From NCBI RefSeq assembly GCF_036588685.1, contig NC_086373.1:39742001-39806000 (forward strand): a stretch of DNA of 64,000 nucleotides. The letters run 5' to 3'. The DNA comes from Mytilus trossulus. Lineage: Eukaryota. The position numbers were made by a program, and so were the translations under genes. This document shows, piece by piece, positions 41,701 through 53,540 of this stretch. Every line of letters starts with the position of its first letter. Positions within the stretch are counted from its first letter, which is position 1. Below the pieces are notes generated by a model. That model worked only from the letters and a program-made list of their open reading frames with translations, did no database searches and was not told the origin of the DNA.

Positions 41701-42640
41701 GGTCTATTGCCTTATTCTATAATTTATTGGTCTGGACTCGTGACTAACAGTAACAGACTAAGACTAGAGGGTCAGTAAACATTGCACCACAATAGGTGTC
41801 GTAGTGAGGCGTCACAGATAAAAAAATAAAATAGCCTTTTGAAACGTCATAATCATGATAATTATTTGCACTTCTAGCTATGGCTGTGAAAGTAAAGAGT
41901 AGATAACTTTTTACCATGTTTAAGGTTCATCATAACAAACGGACAATTATGGCTGTATTTACATGCCAAAAATTACTCTGAGTACAGACTTACCTGTAAA
42001 GTTGGAAAAGTTTTAATGCCTAGCATCAACTAGATATAAAAAAGTTAAATCCATTTTGTGTTTCAGAAAGATAAAATCTCTTTTGGATTTTGATAGGCAT
42101 TTTTTTTCCTTCATGCAAATGGTGTGAAAATTGACTAAGTTGTGGAACAACTATGAGATGCTCCCTCAGGTAAAAAACCGGTTTGTATTGTTTTCATTGT
42201 CCTTAATTGACCTGGACACCAGGTATCTTCACAACTATAGGTGAGTTAAAGAGTTTATCTGAGTCAGTGAGTGGACAGTATCAAAGTAATGCAGGTGTTT
42301 GTTTATTTTTGCACCTTCTGAAGAAAGGAAAAAAAATGCCCAGCAAAAACCAAGAAAGATTTTATCTTTCTTAAACACAAAATGCATTTAACTTTTATAT
42401 ATCTAGTGGATGCTAGGCATTAAAACTTTTCAAACAGCACAGGTAAGTCTGTACACAGAGTAGTTTTTAAAGGTAAAAATACGGCCATATTTGTCCATTT
42501 GTTATGATGAACCTTAATACTTGTAAGATATTTTAAGTTTAACCAGATATTCTATATAAATTCATGTATTTTATTTAGAAAAATTGAACATATTTCCAAT
42601 ACACAATATTGTTTCACTTACTCAGCTGTTTCTTGCTCAT
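20879..42640 (-). CDS. GNL3: Nucleostemin/GNL3-family (Grn1/Nug1) circularly permuted nucleolar GTPase, 17 exons, about 619 aa
   Basis: Exons 42640-42622, 39420-39365, 37202-37148, 36826-36744, 36047-35919, 35460-35371, 34385-34250, 33522-33419, 32921-32777, 30891-30804, 29790-29679, 28903-28838, 25264-25122, 24106-23970, 23229-23036, 21809-21608, 20979-20879 (1860 nt, in frame). Basic N-terminus [29 protein letters not shown]5 DARDP, G4 NKID, G1 [10 protein letters not shown]2 PGMT, G3 DSPG, KGGIPD, acidic tract, C-terminal DYDF. Confidence 0.95.
21130..21330. mobile_element. Hairpin MITE with TTAA TSD (Kolobok-like)
   Basis: About 75-bp near-perfect inverted arms AGGTAACTGGAAAC...GTTTCCAGTTACCT flanked by TTAA at 21126-21129 and 21331-21334. 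Confidence 0.85.
22157..22365. mobile_element. Tc1/mariner-type MITE (TA TSD)
   Basis: TA|CT(A)TGGATTCA...TGAATCCACAG|TA; second copy at 29894-30106. Confidence 0.8.
23604..23903 (+). mobile_element. HINE/DINE-1-like element, full-length reference copy
   Basis: ACAAGAATGTGTCC start, GACG/GAAC microsatellite, terminal hairpin ATGCCCCTCTACTATTGTAGGTGAGGCAT. Confidence 0.7.
24661..24965 (+). mobile_element. HINE/DINE-1-like element containing a 120-bp copy of GNL3 exon 15
   Basis: Element ends match 23604-23903; internal 24717-24836 matches 23104-23223 with 5 mismatches. Confidence 0.85.
25424..28733 (+). mobile_element. Internally deleted Academ DNA transposon (3.3 kb) in GNL3 intron 12
   Basis: TIRs TAGTGCGGTGAC(A/T)GAAG plus a second block TTTAATCTCCCC; 3-bp TSD TAA. 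Plus-strand transposase remnants [37 protein letters not shown] (about 27133-27245), LQTSIWM, and a C-terminal Cys cluster LVCTCK...[11 protein letters not shown]...SEMCRN followed by an acidic tail. Confidence 0.85.
29894..30106. mobile_element. Tc1/mariner-type MITE, second copy
   Basis: TA|CTGTGGATTCA...TGAATCCACAG|TA. Confidence 0.8.
30215..30711. mobile_element. Unclassified element: long palindrome followed by a segment bounded by short inverted repeats
   Basis: Palindrome 30215-30376 (about 75-bp arms); ATTCTAATA (30378) ... TATTAGAAT (30711). Confidence 0.6.
31066..32601. mobile_element. Non-autonomous hAT element (1.5 kb)
   Basis: TIR CAGGGATGGG...CCCATCCCTG; exact 8-bp TSD GTCTAAAA (31058-31065, 32602-32609); subterminal GTAATCGATTAC repeats at both ends. 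Confidence 0.9.
33870..34207. mobile_element. Truncated MITE with AATTCGAATT subrepeats, possibly PIF/Harbinger-like
   Basis: Dense AATTCG(A/C)A motifs and a right terminus GTGTGAAAGAGGC; left terminus not found. Confidence 0.45.
39627..40853. mobile_element. Non-autonomous TIR element with apparent 6-bp TSD in GNL3 intron 1
   Basis: CAGTGTTCCAGCTAGG...CCTAGCTGGAACACAG flanked by TAAATG at 39621-39626 and 40854-40859; subterminal TGCCC repeats; other copies at 1-163 and, degenerate, about 12400-12703. Confidence 0.85.
41392..41708. mobile_element. MITE with about 32-bp TIRs
   Basis: AATAGACCACTTTCGAGTTCATCCATCACCGG ... CCGGTGACGGATGAAATCGAAAGTGGTCTATT. Confidence 0.8.
41924..42513. mobile_element. 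Long-TIR element with TTAA TSD (Kolobok-like)
   Basis: About 190-bp imperfect inverted arms GGTTCATCATAACAAA...TTTGTTATGATGAACC flanked by TTAA. Confidence 0.85.
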
Positions 42641-42670
42641 GTTTTCATATGAATTTCAACAAAACTATCG

Positions 42671-42680
42671 TGCACGTGTT
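42671..42680 (-). promoter_or_regulatory. Candidate Myc/Max E-box just upstream of the GNL3 start codon
   Basis: AACACGTGCA on the - strand, about 33 nt before the ATG of a ribosome-biogenesis gene. Confidence 0.45.
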
Positions 42681-44159
42681 GACAAAATCAAAACAGGAAA
42701 TCATTAAAACATCACTATTATTAGAGTCGATACCGGTTTTTTAGAAACGGAATTTTTAGCTGTCAACACAGTATTATGACAGGGACGTATATAGAAGTCT
42801 ATATAAGTCCTTGATTATGATCAGTAATGATAAAATCATACATGTAACGTATAACTGAGACATACATTTAAAGCTTGAGGTAAAAATATATATGTATGAG
42901 AAATTATTTTACCGAAAAAGATAATTAACACACATTGACATATTTGTAAAATCAGTTATTCCAGTGCATAAAAGCTGCAACTCTTACTACTAAAGTCTTA
43001 ATATTTAATGCCATTAATGACAATATGTTAAAACGAAATTATCTGATCCTTTTTGCGGTTATGCACTAACTGTAACGTCAAGTTTGATGCCTTAATTTAT
43101 TTGCCCGCAATTTTTAAGGCATAATAACTTCAACTTGAATGATAAAACACAGTGTCCGTGACAAATTAGAACTTGTGTAATGCTACATATGTAACTGGAA
43201 CATAAAATATTGACAGTACACTATTCACAGGATATCCCGAACAACGGAAGGATTTTATTTGGAAGATTTATATTACTTTTTTATGAATGGAAATCAAGGG
43301 TAACAAACAGAGGCTTTATCGTACCTTCTCCTTTGCTTTATCAATTTTTTTAAACATTGATATGCATGGGGCTTTAACAAATGTTTAATAGGCCACCGTT
43401 TCACACGGAAAATGTTAAAAATGGTTTCATGCTGAATATATGAAACAGTCCTTATAAATCATAACACAAGCTTTAGTATTATTCCAGACATCACAAATCA
43501 TTTAACCTAGATAATAAAATTTTAGGCATGTGATTATGTATCATTCTATCATGCTACGTACTGTTCTTACACAATTTTAAGCCCAATCCACGCATGCAAG
43601 AGTACATTAGCAGTAGCTCTTTTAACAACACTTTGTAAGTAACAAAGAACATTTCTGCAATTTAAGAAAAAAATAATTTAAGACTGAAAAGAATAGGAAA
43701 TATATTTTCCAACGGGTTTGAATCAGGATACAGGATAAACTTTTACCTCCCGATTGGATGCCATATCGAATTTTCGATCTGCATCAAAAGTAACAACAAT
43801 TGTTATAGATATAGGAACATTTCTGGAGTTAAACTAAACATAGAACTTAAAAAAGAATCATATGGAAAATACTCCAAAATCATGAAAATGCGGTAAATGC
43901 AACGCATTTAAAATTTTATTCTTTAGCGATCTAACTTTTGTTTGACAATATTTCTTCTTTATGTCATTTCAAGTCGTCTTCTTTTCTTTTTCTCTAGTCA
44001 ACGCCACGACCTTTGTCTTTCTAAACTGGAACAAGTCGTATATAAACAAGAAAATGAAGATTGTCGCAAAGATAGGTATATACCCATTATTTATATCTGA
44101 ATATAGTTTACTGATAAGGTAATATTTGGGTTACTAAAACAAAATTGCAGGTAGCAAAA

Positions 44160-47100
44160 ATGAAAAAGGTAGGCAGATTGATATGTCCGTAGTCTTTTTT
44201 GCGCAGTTCCAACTTTAGAAATAATACTTCTTACATATTTTAAGACGCTTTACATGATATATGTGTTTGACTTCAAAACATTTTATCTAATGAGTTTCTT
44301 TTTGATTTTTGATTGTTTCAAGTGTGAAGATTTTCATATAGATACACGCAGACATTGTATTGATTTTTCATGAGTTTGGGCCTACAATTTTAATGGCTTT
44401 CTAGTTTTCAGTATTTTCATATAATTTTTAATAAAAATATATCTGACGGTTCTACACGGTTTTTTTTATTTCTAAAAAACTTCACCTAAATGCGATTAAA
44501 AATCGAGACTAATCACCAGCTGTACTCAATGTTTTTCAAAAGACTAGAAAAAATAAAAATTCTGAAGCCTAGCTTTTAATTTTGGGGATAAAACGCAATC
44601 ATTAAGACAAAATTAAGAATGACAATGGGGAATATATCAGAGACAACAACCCGATCAAAGAGCCGAAGACAGCCGAAGGCCACTAATGGACCTCAAAACA
44701 CAACGAATTAATCTCGAACCGGGATTCGGACTTCTTCTTAAACAAAAATGTGTACTAGTTACGTAAAAATGGACGTCATTGACGCTAAATTTCAAAACAT
44801 ATAAATGCACTAAAATTAAAAAAAAACCAAACAAACTACAAGATTAACAAAGGCCAGAGGCTCCTGACTTGTTTCAGGTTCAAAACTAACTAGGCGGGGT
44901 TAAACATATTTTGTGAGGTCTCAACCCTCTCGCTATACATCTAGCCAATGTAGAATAAACAAACACACATCAATACGCATGTAGTAAACCTCAGTTTAAT
45001 CCGATGTCAGAACAGGTAACAAAACAAAACTTAGCAAAATGACATTTTCTCTTGTTAATTCATGTGTCATTGATACATGAATTAACAAGGGACCACTAGA
45101 AGTCACTGACATGCCAGACCTCAATGAACAGGCAGCAGTCCTTTTGCGCCATTTACTGTTTTTCAGGGGTATCATTTGCGCCAAATTTCGTTTTCGAAAT
45201 GTATCAATTGCGCCAATATTCGGAACTCATTTGCGCCAATTTACCTGTACACATATATCTGTCGTAATATTTGTGGCTTAAAAGTATCATATGTTCGGAG
45301 ATACTTCACCATGAAGATGAGCATCTGGAGAGAAATGACTTGAAATACATTAGACAGTCAATGTACAGAATGAGAAGAAAACGTATTGCTTTGCTGAATA
45401 TTTAATACAAGCTATGCCAAAAGAGAAGATAATGTAAGCTTTTGCTACTTATGTTTTAGCCACATATGTTGATGGCACAGTGCTTTGTTCCTAACATCCG
45501 TATGGACTGAAACTCTATCTACCACAAGACGTACCGGTAATGGAGCAGAAGCATTCCACATTCCACATGAAATATTATGAACTGTTTTATGCATTCCTTC
45601 AATGTTTGTATTTTTTGGACAATAAAGTGAAGTTACAAGCTACTACATACATTAAATTAGGATGTACCCATGCAGCAGCAGTAAGAAGAAAGTATGTTTT
45701 AGAAAAAGAAAAATTTGCAGTATAAATAGCCGGTTCCAAGTCCGGATAAAGGAGGATGGAAGTAATTTTCTTCTATTAGGCGCAATCGTATGTTTTATTT
45801 TTGGCGCAAATGATACCATGTAATTATAAAACAGGTGGCGAAAACGTAGCATTGGAGAAAAAAGTAGTGGCGCAAAAGGACGCATTTTTGGCGCAAACGG
45901 ATCTCTCCCAATGAACAGATGTTTTTAGGGTAAACTTGTTAACCCATTCATGCTGAGAACTATACTTGCGATTTCCAAAATTAACTTAGAAAATTTTCAA
46001 CACATACTACAATTCTGATTGATATAATGATAAAATAAAACTTCTGTTTTATTGCAGTTTCAATGTTCTACCAGAGACATATAATATTGTATTATATGTC
46101 TCAGTATGGTTCTACCAATTAATATTTAAAAAAAAACCATATAGAAATCAAAACACTCTTCAAAGTACCACGAAAATCAGCATGACATATTGAGCAATTG
46201 AGCTCTATAGAAACCTAAAATACATTGGTACAAAAAAAAAAAATAACAAGATAGCTTAACAGACGCAGAAACACTGGTGTATGAATACACGTTTTTGTGT
46301 ATATGTCGTGTACATGACTTTGTTATTATTTTATACAAGTTATTATTTGTACAAATGCAATTGTACAAGTAATTACTAGTACAATTTTTACTGAGAAAAA
46401 GATAATAACTTGTACAAATCATTATTTTATCTTGGCCTATTTGATGTTCTCAACAAATCGTTTCCTTAAACAAATAATTAATGACTGAAACCTAAAGGTA
46501 TGAACATGTTGGTACTTTTTGTATAACAAATATATGAGCAAAACTTCAAAGAAGTCAAAACTTAAGTGTAAGGCTTTAAATCAATTATAAAATAAACCCA
46601 AAGCAAAACAAAAATGACATCAACAGTCGGGTGTTTTTCTTATAACTAGATATCCTAATCATACTTGACCCTTAAAAAAGTAATAAATAATAATATGTTT
46701 TTTTTCTTCAGATTTGCATATTTCTCTTGCTCTGTTTGACTCTTCTCACAGTTCCATCGCCAGTAAAAGGAGACAATGAGATTTATATGCATAATACCCG
46801 TTTAGGAATTGTAAACGGTTTGAAGAAAGATTCAGGTAAAAAGATCATTTATCAGTTTAGAAAAATGCCTTATGCCAAACCGCCACTAAAAGATCTACGC
46901 TTTGAAATACCTCAAGAGTACGGTACATGGGGGAACGTATTAAACGCGACAGCATACGGCCCTAACTGTATGCAGTTTCTAGGTCAAGACATACGTCTTT
47001 TGCCAAATCTTCAAGTTTCAGAAGATTGTCTACATTTAAATATAATTGCTCCAAACGATTTGAACAATTCAAGCAGACGACCTGTCTTTATTTGGATACA

Positions 47101-49231
47101 TGGTGGAGGATTCACAAATGGACAGGGAATGAGCGTGGATGGATCTGTATTTGCGGCTACCGGAGATGTCATTCTTGTCACAATTAATTACAGACTAAAT
47201 ATTTTTGGTTTTGTAAATGTTGGAATAGCTCATCCTCGTAATTTGGGATTATGGGACCAGAAATTTGCGATAAAGTGGATCAAACAGAACATTGCGGATT
47301 TTGGTGGAGACCCCAATACGATTACACTATTCGGAGAGTCCGCCGGGGGAGTCAGTGTTGGACTACAGTCAATTATTCCAACTAATATAGGACTTTTCCA
47401 GCGAGCAATAGCTCAGAGCGGATCTTTCTTTAGTTTGAGAGACATAGGTACCGATTCGGAAAATCTTACAAGAGAAATAGGTCGTGTTTTGAACTGTTCG
47501 AATTGTCAGGATGGCGATTTGCTTTGTTTGGAGTGTTTCAGACGATTTTCTGCAAGAGATTTGTTGCTTGGATATGGAAAGGGTGTTTCAAATCTTCGGA
47601 AAGGTTTTTCGTTAAAAGCTCCAATAGGACCAATAGTGGACCAAGATCTTATTCCGAATGATATCTTCACTATGTTATCCGATTCATCATCTGAAACATC
47701 AAAAATGTTCAATAGTATTGATTTTATAGCGGGATCCAATGATGGTGAAGCTGGACTATTTTACTTTAATCTGATTGGACAACAAAGAGCCTTCCATTTT
47801 GATTTAAAGCAGGGTATTCCAACTCGGGTTCTATGCAATAATATTGTTCCTTATGTAACGAAAGAAGTTTTAAAAGGATGCGACAACATATCACATGCAA
47901 TTTGCGATAAATATTCTAATGATGTCAGAGCTAACTCTCTTTCTGATGAAACTGTTTTGGCTGTCAACTTCTTTAGCGATTTGGAAATGTCTTCTTTGGC
48001 AGCAAGATGTCTGAATTTTCACAACAGCGCTTCAAAGAATAGATATCAATATCTTTTCACACATAAACCAACTTGGGGTGTTATTGCAGATAGACCAAGT
48101 TGGTTGTTAGGTGCAAATCATGTAGACGAGCTTCCATTTCTATTTGGTTTAAGGAGATGGTATCCTGGAAATGTCTCTATTACCCCTACAGAAGATGCGC
48201 TATCTTCAAAGATTATGTCTTATTGGTACAATTTTGGAAGAACAGGGTAAATCCATTAATGTGTAGCCTAGTAATTATGAAATATTTCAAGCAAAATAAA
48301 AAAAATTAGATCGATTTATTTGGAAATGCTATATGCTATTACTTTTTCTCGATACTGTCAAAAACGTAAATCTTTTTTATTCAATGTAACATCAAAATTC
48401 ATGTTTCATGTATCGTTATGATTTTAATCAAGTCCTTTCGAAATGTTTCATGCAAGCTTTTCTAACGTTATCCTGTTACACCGCTGTCCAGCCGCCACAC
48501 TCTTTATGAACTTGACCAAAAACAAGAATCTATCGGATAGTCGAGCGGATGTCGTTTTTACTGCCTATCATTATTTTTTTCTTACAATTTAGTCCATTGT
48601 TTTAGCTTACAACTGGTCTGTGTTTTTTTAGCGTTTTGTTCACTGTTGAAGGCAATACGATGATCGGTTTAGTTGTTCACACCCTTGTCTTTTGGTCTTT
48701 TGTGGAAATATGTCTCGTTGGCATTTTTTAACACATCTTAATATTTCAAATTCATTTTATGTAAGTAGAAAATTAAAAGAAAATATATCTTCTATGATCT
48801 GCAAATACAATTATATAGACTTGTTCAACCTCTCAACCGCCATTATTCTATCTACTAGAAATCGTCCCCTTAAAAAAAAATATCATTAAATTTTGTTACA
48901 AAATGATAGCTAAAAACCAATAATATAACAGTTATAGAATAGATTGTTTTCAAGCATACACAAATGTGTTTTCTTTCTTTTATTCCGAATATATGAACTC
49001 AACATTTTCTTTTCTTTGCTTTTCAGAGACCCAAACCCAAAAGGAACATCAGAATGGCCAAAGTTCACCAAGACAAGTGCTTCGGCTTTTATAATTGGAG
49101 AATACCGAAATGCAACTGTTGACAATTTCCAAGACAGAATGCAATTTTGGAATGAAGAAATTCCAAAGTTGTTGGCGCAATGCTCAAGCCAACAAGGCAA
49201 TGTTTCTGTTGTTCATTCCGGCTTCGGTTAA
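44160..49231 (+). CDS. Type-B carboxylesterase/cholinesterase-family enzyme, copy 1 (about 582 aa, probably secreted); start exon uncertain
   Basis: Exons 46712-48246 and 49027-49231 are secure; candidate micro-exon ATG AAA AAG|GTAGGC at 44160-44168. Signal peptide ICIFLLLCLTLLTV, SEDCLHLNI, HGGG, GESAG, Glu in GSNDGEAG, His in GANHVDEL. Confidence 0.85.
45131..45908 (+). mobile_element. Deleted Mutator-like (MULE) transposon
   Basis: 9-bp TSD CAATGAACA (45122-45130, 45909-45917); imperfect TIRs with TTTGCGCCA subrepeats; transposase remnant SVWTETLSTTRRTGNGAEAFH resembling the MULE RTNN..E.FH motif. Confidence 0.8.
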
Positions 49232-49311
49232 CGATTGACCGATATACCTGTGGAAGATTTTTACTTAAACGTTTTTAATGGGTTGTTTGTTGTTCTGTGT
49301 GTTACTTGTAA

Positions 49312-49511
49312 ATGTAATTAAAGCAGTAATAATATTTTCCAAACTCTTTGGTAGTTTAAATCACATAGCAGAGACAGAGCTATGTGTTTAAATAAATTTT
49401 TGTTTGTTCTATGTGTCATTGCATTATTACACTTGTATTGTAATTTTAAAAGCAGTAATAATATTTTCCAAACTCTTTGGTAGATCAAATCACATAGCAG
49501 AGAAAGAGCTA
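49312..49511 (+). repeat. Direct duplication of about 70 bp downstream of the carboxylesterase 1 stop
   Basis: AAAGCAGTAATAATATTTTCCAAACTCTTTGGTAG...AAATCACATAGCAGAGA.AGAGCTA occurs twice, about 128 bp apart. Confidence 0.85.
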
Positions 49512-50182
49512 AGATAAAGTCAATACGAATATATTTTTATGTAGGATAATACGGATAGAGGATTTTGTCATTGCAGGACATTCACATGCATATATAATCA
49601 ATTAACTGTTGATTGGTTAGGGTCCAGTGGCAGATATTTAACACAGATTTAACTTGAGGACAGGCTAATCATGTGATAATTTGTATAAATATTTGATTTG
49701 ATTAAAGAGAGGATCAGACACAAATTTGATTAACAAAAGAAAAGATCTCCTTTGCAAACGGTTAACGATAATAATTACCATCAATAAACACAACAATATA
49801 AAAATAGCTGTGGTATGATTGTCAGTGACACACCTATCCATCAGAGTTCGAAGCATTTTCCAATGTTTAGAAAACACATGTTGTAGTGAATATTTTTGAC
49901 AATTAATTTGGACCCTTACTCGTTATACTGGATACCTTATTATCACAACTTGTGAAGCTACTTACCAATTTGGATAAAAGAAAAAACCATGTAATGAAAT
50001 AGAAGTAAAGAAAAAGGTAAAATTAACTCTACTGTGATTTATATATCTAAGTACAGTACTAATAAAGTAGTTATCAAAAAGGTATCCCATATATATTGTA
50101 GTGCACGTATTTTGTTTACAAAAGTATCGTCAATAGTTCGGTTGTCAAATGGAAAGGGCTAAAACGTTACTTGTTGTCAACA

Positions 50183-52722
50183 ATGAAGATAGTAAGTTGT
50201 CTTTTAATTTCACATATAACATGTTTTAATTCTTTGTACTAAACATAAATCTATTTATCGATACAGAAAATATGATTTTTTTTTGTATAATTCTTTCAAT
50301 ATCGCAATATTTGTATTATAATTGCAGACTTTTATTGTGTCGTTATTGGTTTCTGCTGTCCAAGCAGACTCGCCATTTACAAGACACCAGCTGTTGACAC
50401 ACACTACGATACTTGGTGAAGTGACTGGTCTAAAAATATGGAAATACAACACGACAGTTTATCAATTTAAGAAAATTCCTTATGCTAAGCCACCTTTGAC
50501 TTCTCTTCGCTTTGAAAGACCACAACCAATCCGCTCTTGGAACGAAACATTAAACGGAACAGAATATGGACCTAACTGCATGCAATATTTATTTGAAAAC
50601 GATAAGCGCCTTATTCCAAACTTGAAAATATCGGAAGACTGTCTTCATCTGAATATATTTGCACCAAGAGACCTAAATAAAACTAGCAACAGACCAGTAA
50701 TGATTTGGATACATGGAGGAGGGTTCACAAACGGCCAAGGTATGATGTTTGACGGCTCCAAACTGGCAGCGTTATATGATGTTGTCATCGTGACAATTAA
50801 TTATAGATTAAATATATTTGGCTTTATAAATGTTGGTGCAGGACCAGGGCGCAACATTGGTTTATGGGATCAAAGATTTGGTATTAAATGGGTTAAAGAT
50901 AATATCATGGATTATGGAGGAAATCCTGAAATGATAACAATATTTGGGGAATCTGCTGGTGGTATTAGCGTCGGACTGCAATCTGTAATTCCGAAAAACA
51001 AAGGTCTTTTCCAAAGAACAATTGCTCACAGTGGGTCTTTGCTTTTAATACGGGATATTGACGACACAGAAAAACTAACCAGAGAAATTGGTCGGATCTT
51101 TAACTGTTCAGAATGTCTTAATGGAATACAAACTTGTTTAGATTGCTTAAGAAAGGTTTCGGCAGAAAGTCTACTTCAAAAGTATGCAGCCGCCGAAAAT
51201 ATTCTTCAAAATGGGTTTTCTATGAACAGTACCATTGGACCTATTGTCGATGGGGAACTGATACCAGAAAATCCTGTTGATATGCTATCGGACTCGACAT
51301 CTCCAGCATCACAGATGTTTAGTAGCATTGATTACATAACAGGAACTAACGACTGTGAAGCTGGTTTATTTTATTTTAATTTAATTGGACAACAGGCATC
51401 ATTTAACTTTGACTTGAAAAAAGGAATTCCATCTCGCATAGTGTGTAATTTGTTTGCTGCTCACGTATCACGTGATATTTTTAAAGGTTGCGACAAAGTA
51501 TCAGAAGAAATATGTCAAAAGTATTCACCCCAAGATAAAAATCCTTCCCTATCACAGGAAACGTATCAAGCAATGAATGCCTATAGTGATTTGGAATTCG
51601 CATCGCTAGCAGTCCGAGATTTAGATTTTCATAGTCGAAGTAACAAAGGAACATATCAATACCTTTTCACACATAAACCGACCTGGGGTCTAATTGAAGA
51701 CAGACCCAGTTGGCTTGTTGGTGCAAATCACGCAGATGAACTCGAATTTGTTTTTGGTTTGGAGGACTGGTTTCCTGTGAATATTGATATCAGCCCATAT
51801 GAAGTTGAGTTATCGTCTAAAATGATGTCATTTTGGACGACCTTTGCAAAAACGGGGTAAGGTATATTCATATACATGTATTTTTCACTAAACCTGAGTA
51901 TAAATAAAATAAAACAGAGCCTTAGTGTAATTCAAGACAACCTTATTTCAATAATACAAAAAGAACGAAAATAAAACAAACAACACCTGACAACCAAACT
52001 TACTTAAGAGATTAACAAACTGGAAGTGATGTCCAACGACTACCACAACTGGTATCTAAACCGCACAGGAAAAGAACGGTACCAAACAATTTAATTGTAC
52101 TTAAAAAAAATCATATCTCATCTTAATTTCTGGTAAAAATCGTTTTATTTGTGTTCCTAGTTGAAAAATAATTTGGACATGTTATTCTATTTCGCCATTT
52201 TAATTATACTACACATGTTGAAATGACCACACATACCTTGTGCAAAATGTTGACTCAAAATTAATTCAACAATCATCCTGGAAATAATTAAAGCAAATGT
52301 TTATGTAGAATTAGAAATAAAAGGTTTCAGCTATTGGCACCTTTTTTGAAATTATACTTTTACGATTGCCTTTAAATTTTTTTTAGTTACGCAAAGCAAA
52401 TACTTCTCATAATTTCTTGAATTCAATTTCGATTAGGAATCCAAATCCAAGAAATACACAGGAATGGCCAGCATATGACAAGACCACCAAGAGGTTTATT
52501 ATTCTAGGAGAATACAGGAATTCTACAGTGGATGGTTTTCATGACAGAATGAGGTTTTGGAATGAAAATGTTCCTAAACTTGTGTCAGAGTGCCACCAGA
52601 AAACAGATACTAGTACGCCAAACCAAGCAATTAATTTCACCCTCAGCGCAGGTTGTTCTTACGCTATGTCTATCAGGATTGTAGTTCTGCTACTGCTTTA
52701 CCACATTTTTATTATCTATTAG
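50183..52722 (+). CDS. Type-B carboxylesterase, copy 2 (about 607 aa, probable GPI anchor)
   Basis: Exons 50183-50191 (MKI|GTAAGT), 50328-51856, 52437-52722, in frame. HGGG, GESAG, GTNDCEAG, GANHADEL; C-terminus TLSAGCSYAMSIRIVVLLLLYHIFIIY. Confidence 0.9.
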
Positions 52723-53090
52723 GGGTGTTTTAAACAATAAATAATAAAGTATGAAAGTACTATTTTTTAAAGTGAGATCTATTATTTTAAGAACGGAATA
52801 ACTTTTTTTAGAATTATTTTACATAAACTAAAATGTTGGATTTCAAATATTGTGTCCTTGAGCATCAATTAAAGGCCGTTAATCGTCGAAATTTATATAT
52901 GGTGCAGTTTAATTGGTACATTGAAAGTTTTTTCATATATCTAATTTGCCTATTTACTTTGTTTTTAAATGTTCATATCTTATAAAAGCTAAAATCCAAA
53001 TTTCCTCCAGGCTTTTAAATCTCTTATGTTTTATAAAAAACACATTATTTGTTACGGTCTTCCTTATAAATATTTAGATATATAACATAA

Positions 53091-53540
53091 TAGTTATCAA
53101 AGGTACCAGGGTTATAATTAAGTACTCCAGACGCGCGTTTCGTCTACATAAGACTCATCAGTGACGCTCATATCAAAATATTTATAAAGCCAAACAAATA
53201 CAAAGTTGAAGAGCATTGAGGATCCAAATTTCCCCAAATGTTGTGCCAAATACCATTTATAGTCGACGAATTTCACATGTAAACAAATGATCCTCATAGA
53301 AACGAAGATGGCGGAATTACAATGAAAAACATTCTGGAAAATGTGAAGGTTAGGATTATTACAGTGCGATCACTTAAAAGGTAGGTCAGTAGTGGTTTTT
53401 CTTTTCGCGATTTATGAATGGAACGAGTAAAACTATATCTCGAGGGAACGCGGTTGATAGTTTAGATTATTTTTACCGATAACCGCTACGAATTTCAGCT
53501 GACGGCGACTATAGGTTAATCTATGCCTTGGATAAAAAAG
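53091..53540 (-). mobile_element. Hammerhead-bearing dispersed repeat (Penelope pLTR/retrozyme-like) with a nested small TIR insert at about 53258-53514
   Basis: Conserved end TAGTTATCAAAGGTACCAGG shared with copies at 58782-59360 and 61167-61203. Confidence 0.7.
53122..53169 (-). ncRNA. Minimal type I hammerhead ribozyme
   Basis: Minus strand reads GCGUCA-CUGAUGA-GUCU UAUGU AGAC-GAA-ACGCGCGU-C/UGGAGU: complete catalytic core, 4-bp stem II, palindromic stem III, GUC cleavage triplet. Confidence 0.8.

Noticed and set aside
44054-44062. ATGAAGATT (MKI) as first exon of carboxylesterase 1
   Set aside because: Followed by a poor donor (GTCGCA); 44160-44168 has a better donor, though neither is proven
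46727-48250. Acetylcholinesterase or neuroligin assignment
   Set aside because: Catalytic Ser is present (not neuroligin) and the AChE-typical choline-binding Trp region and FGESAGAAS context are absent; left as generic carboxylesterase
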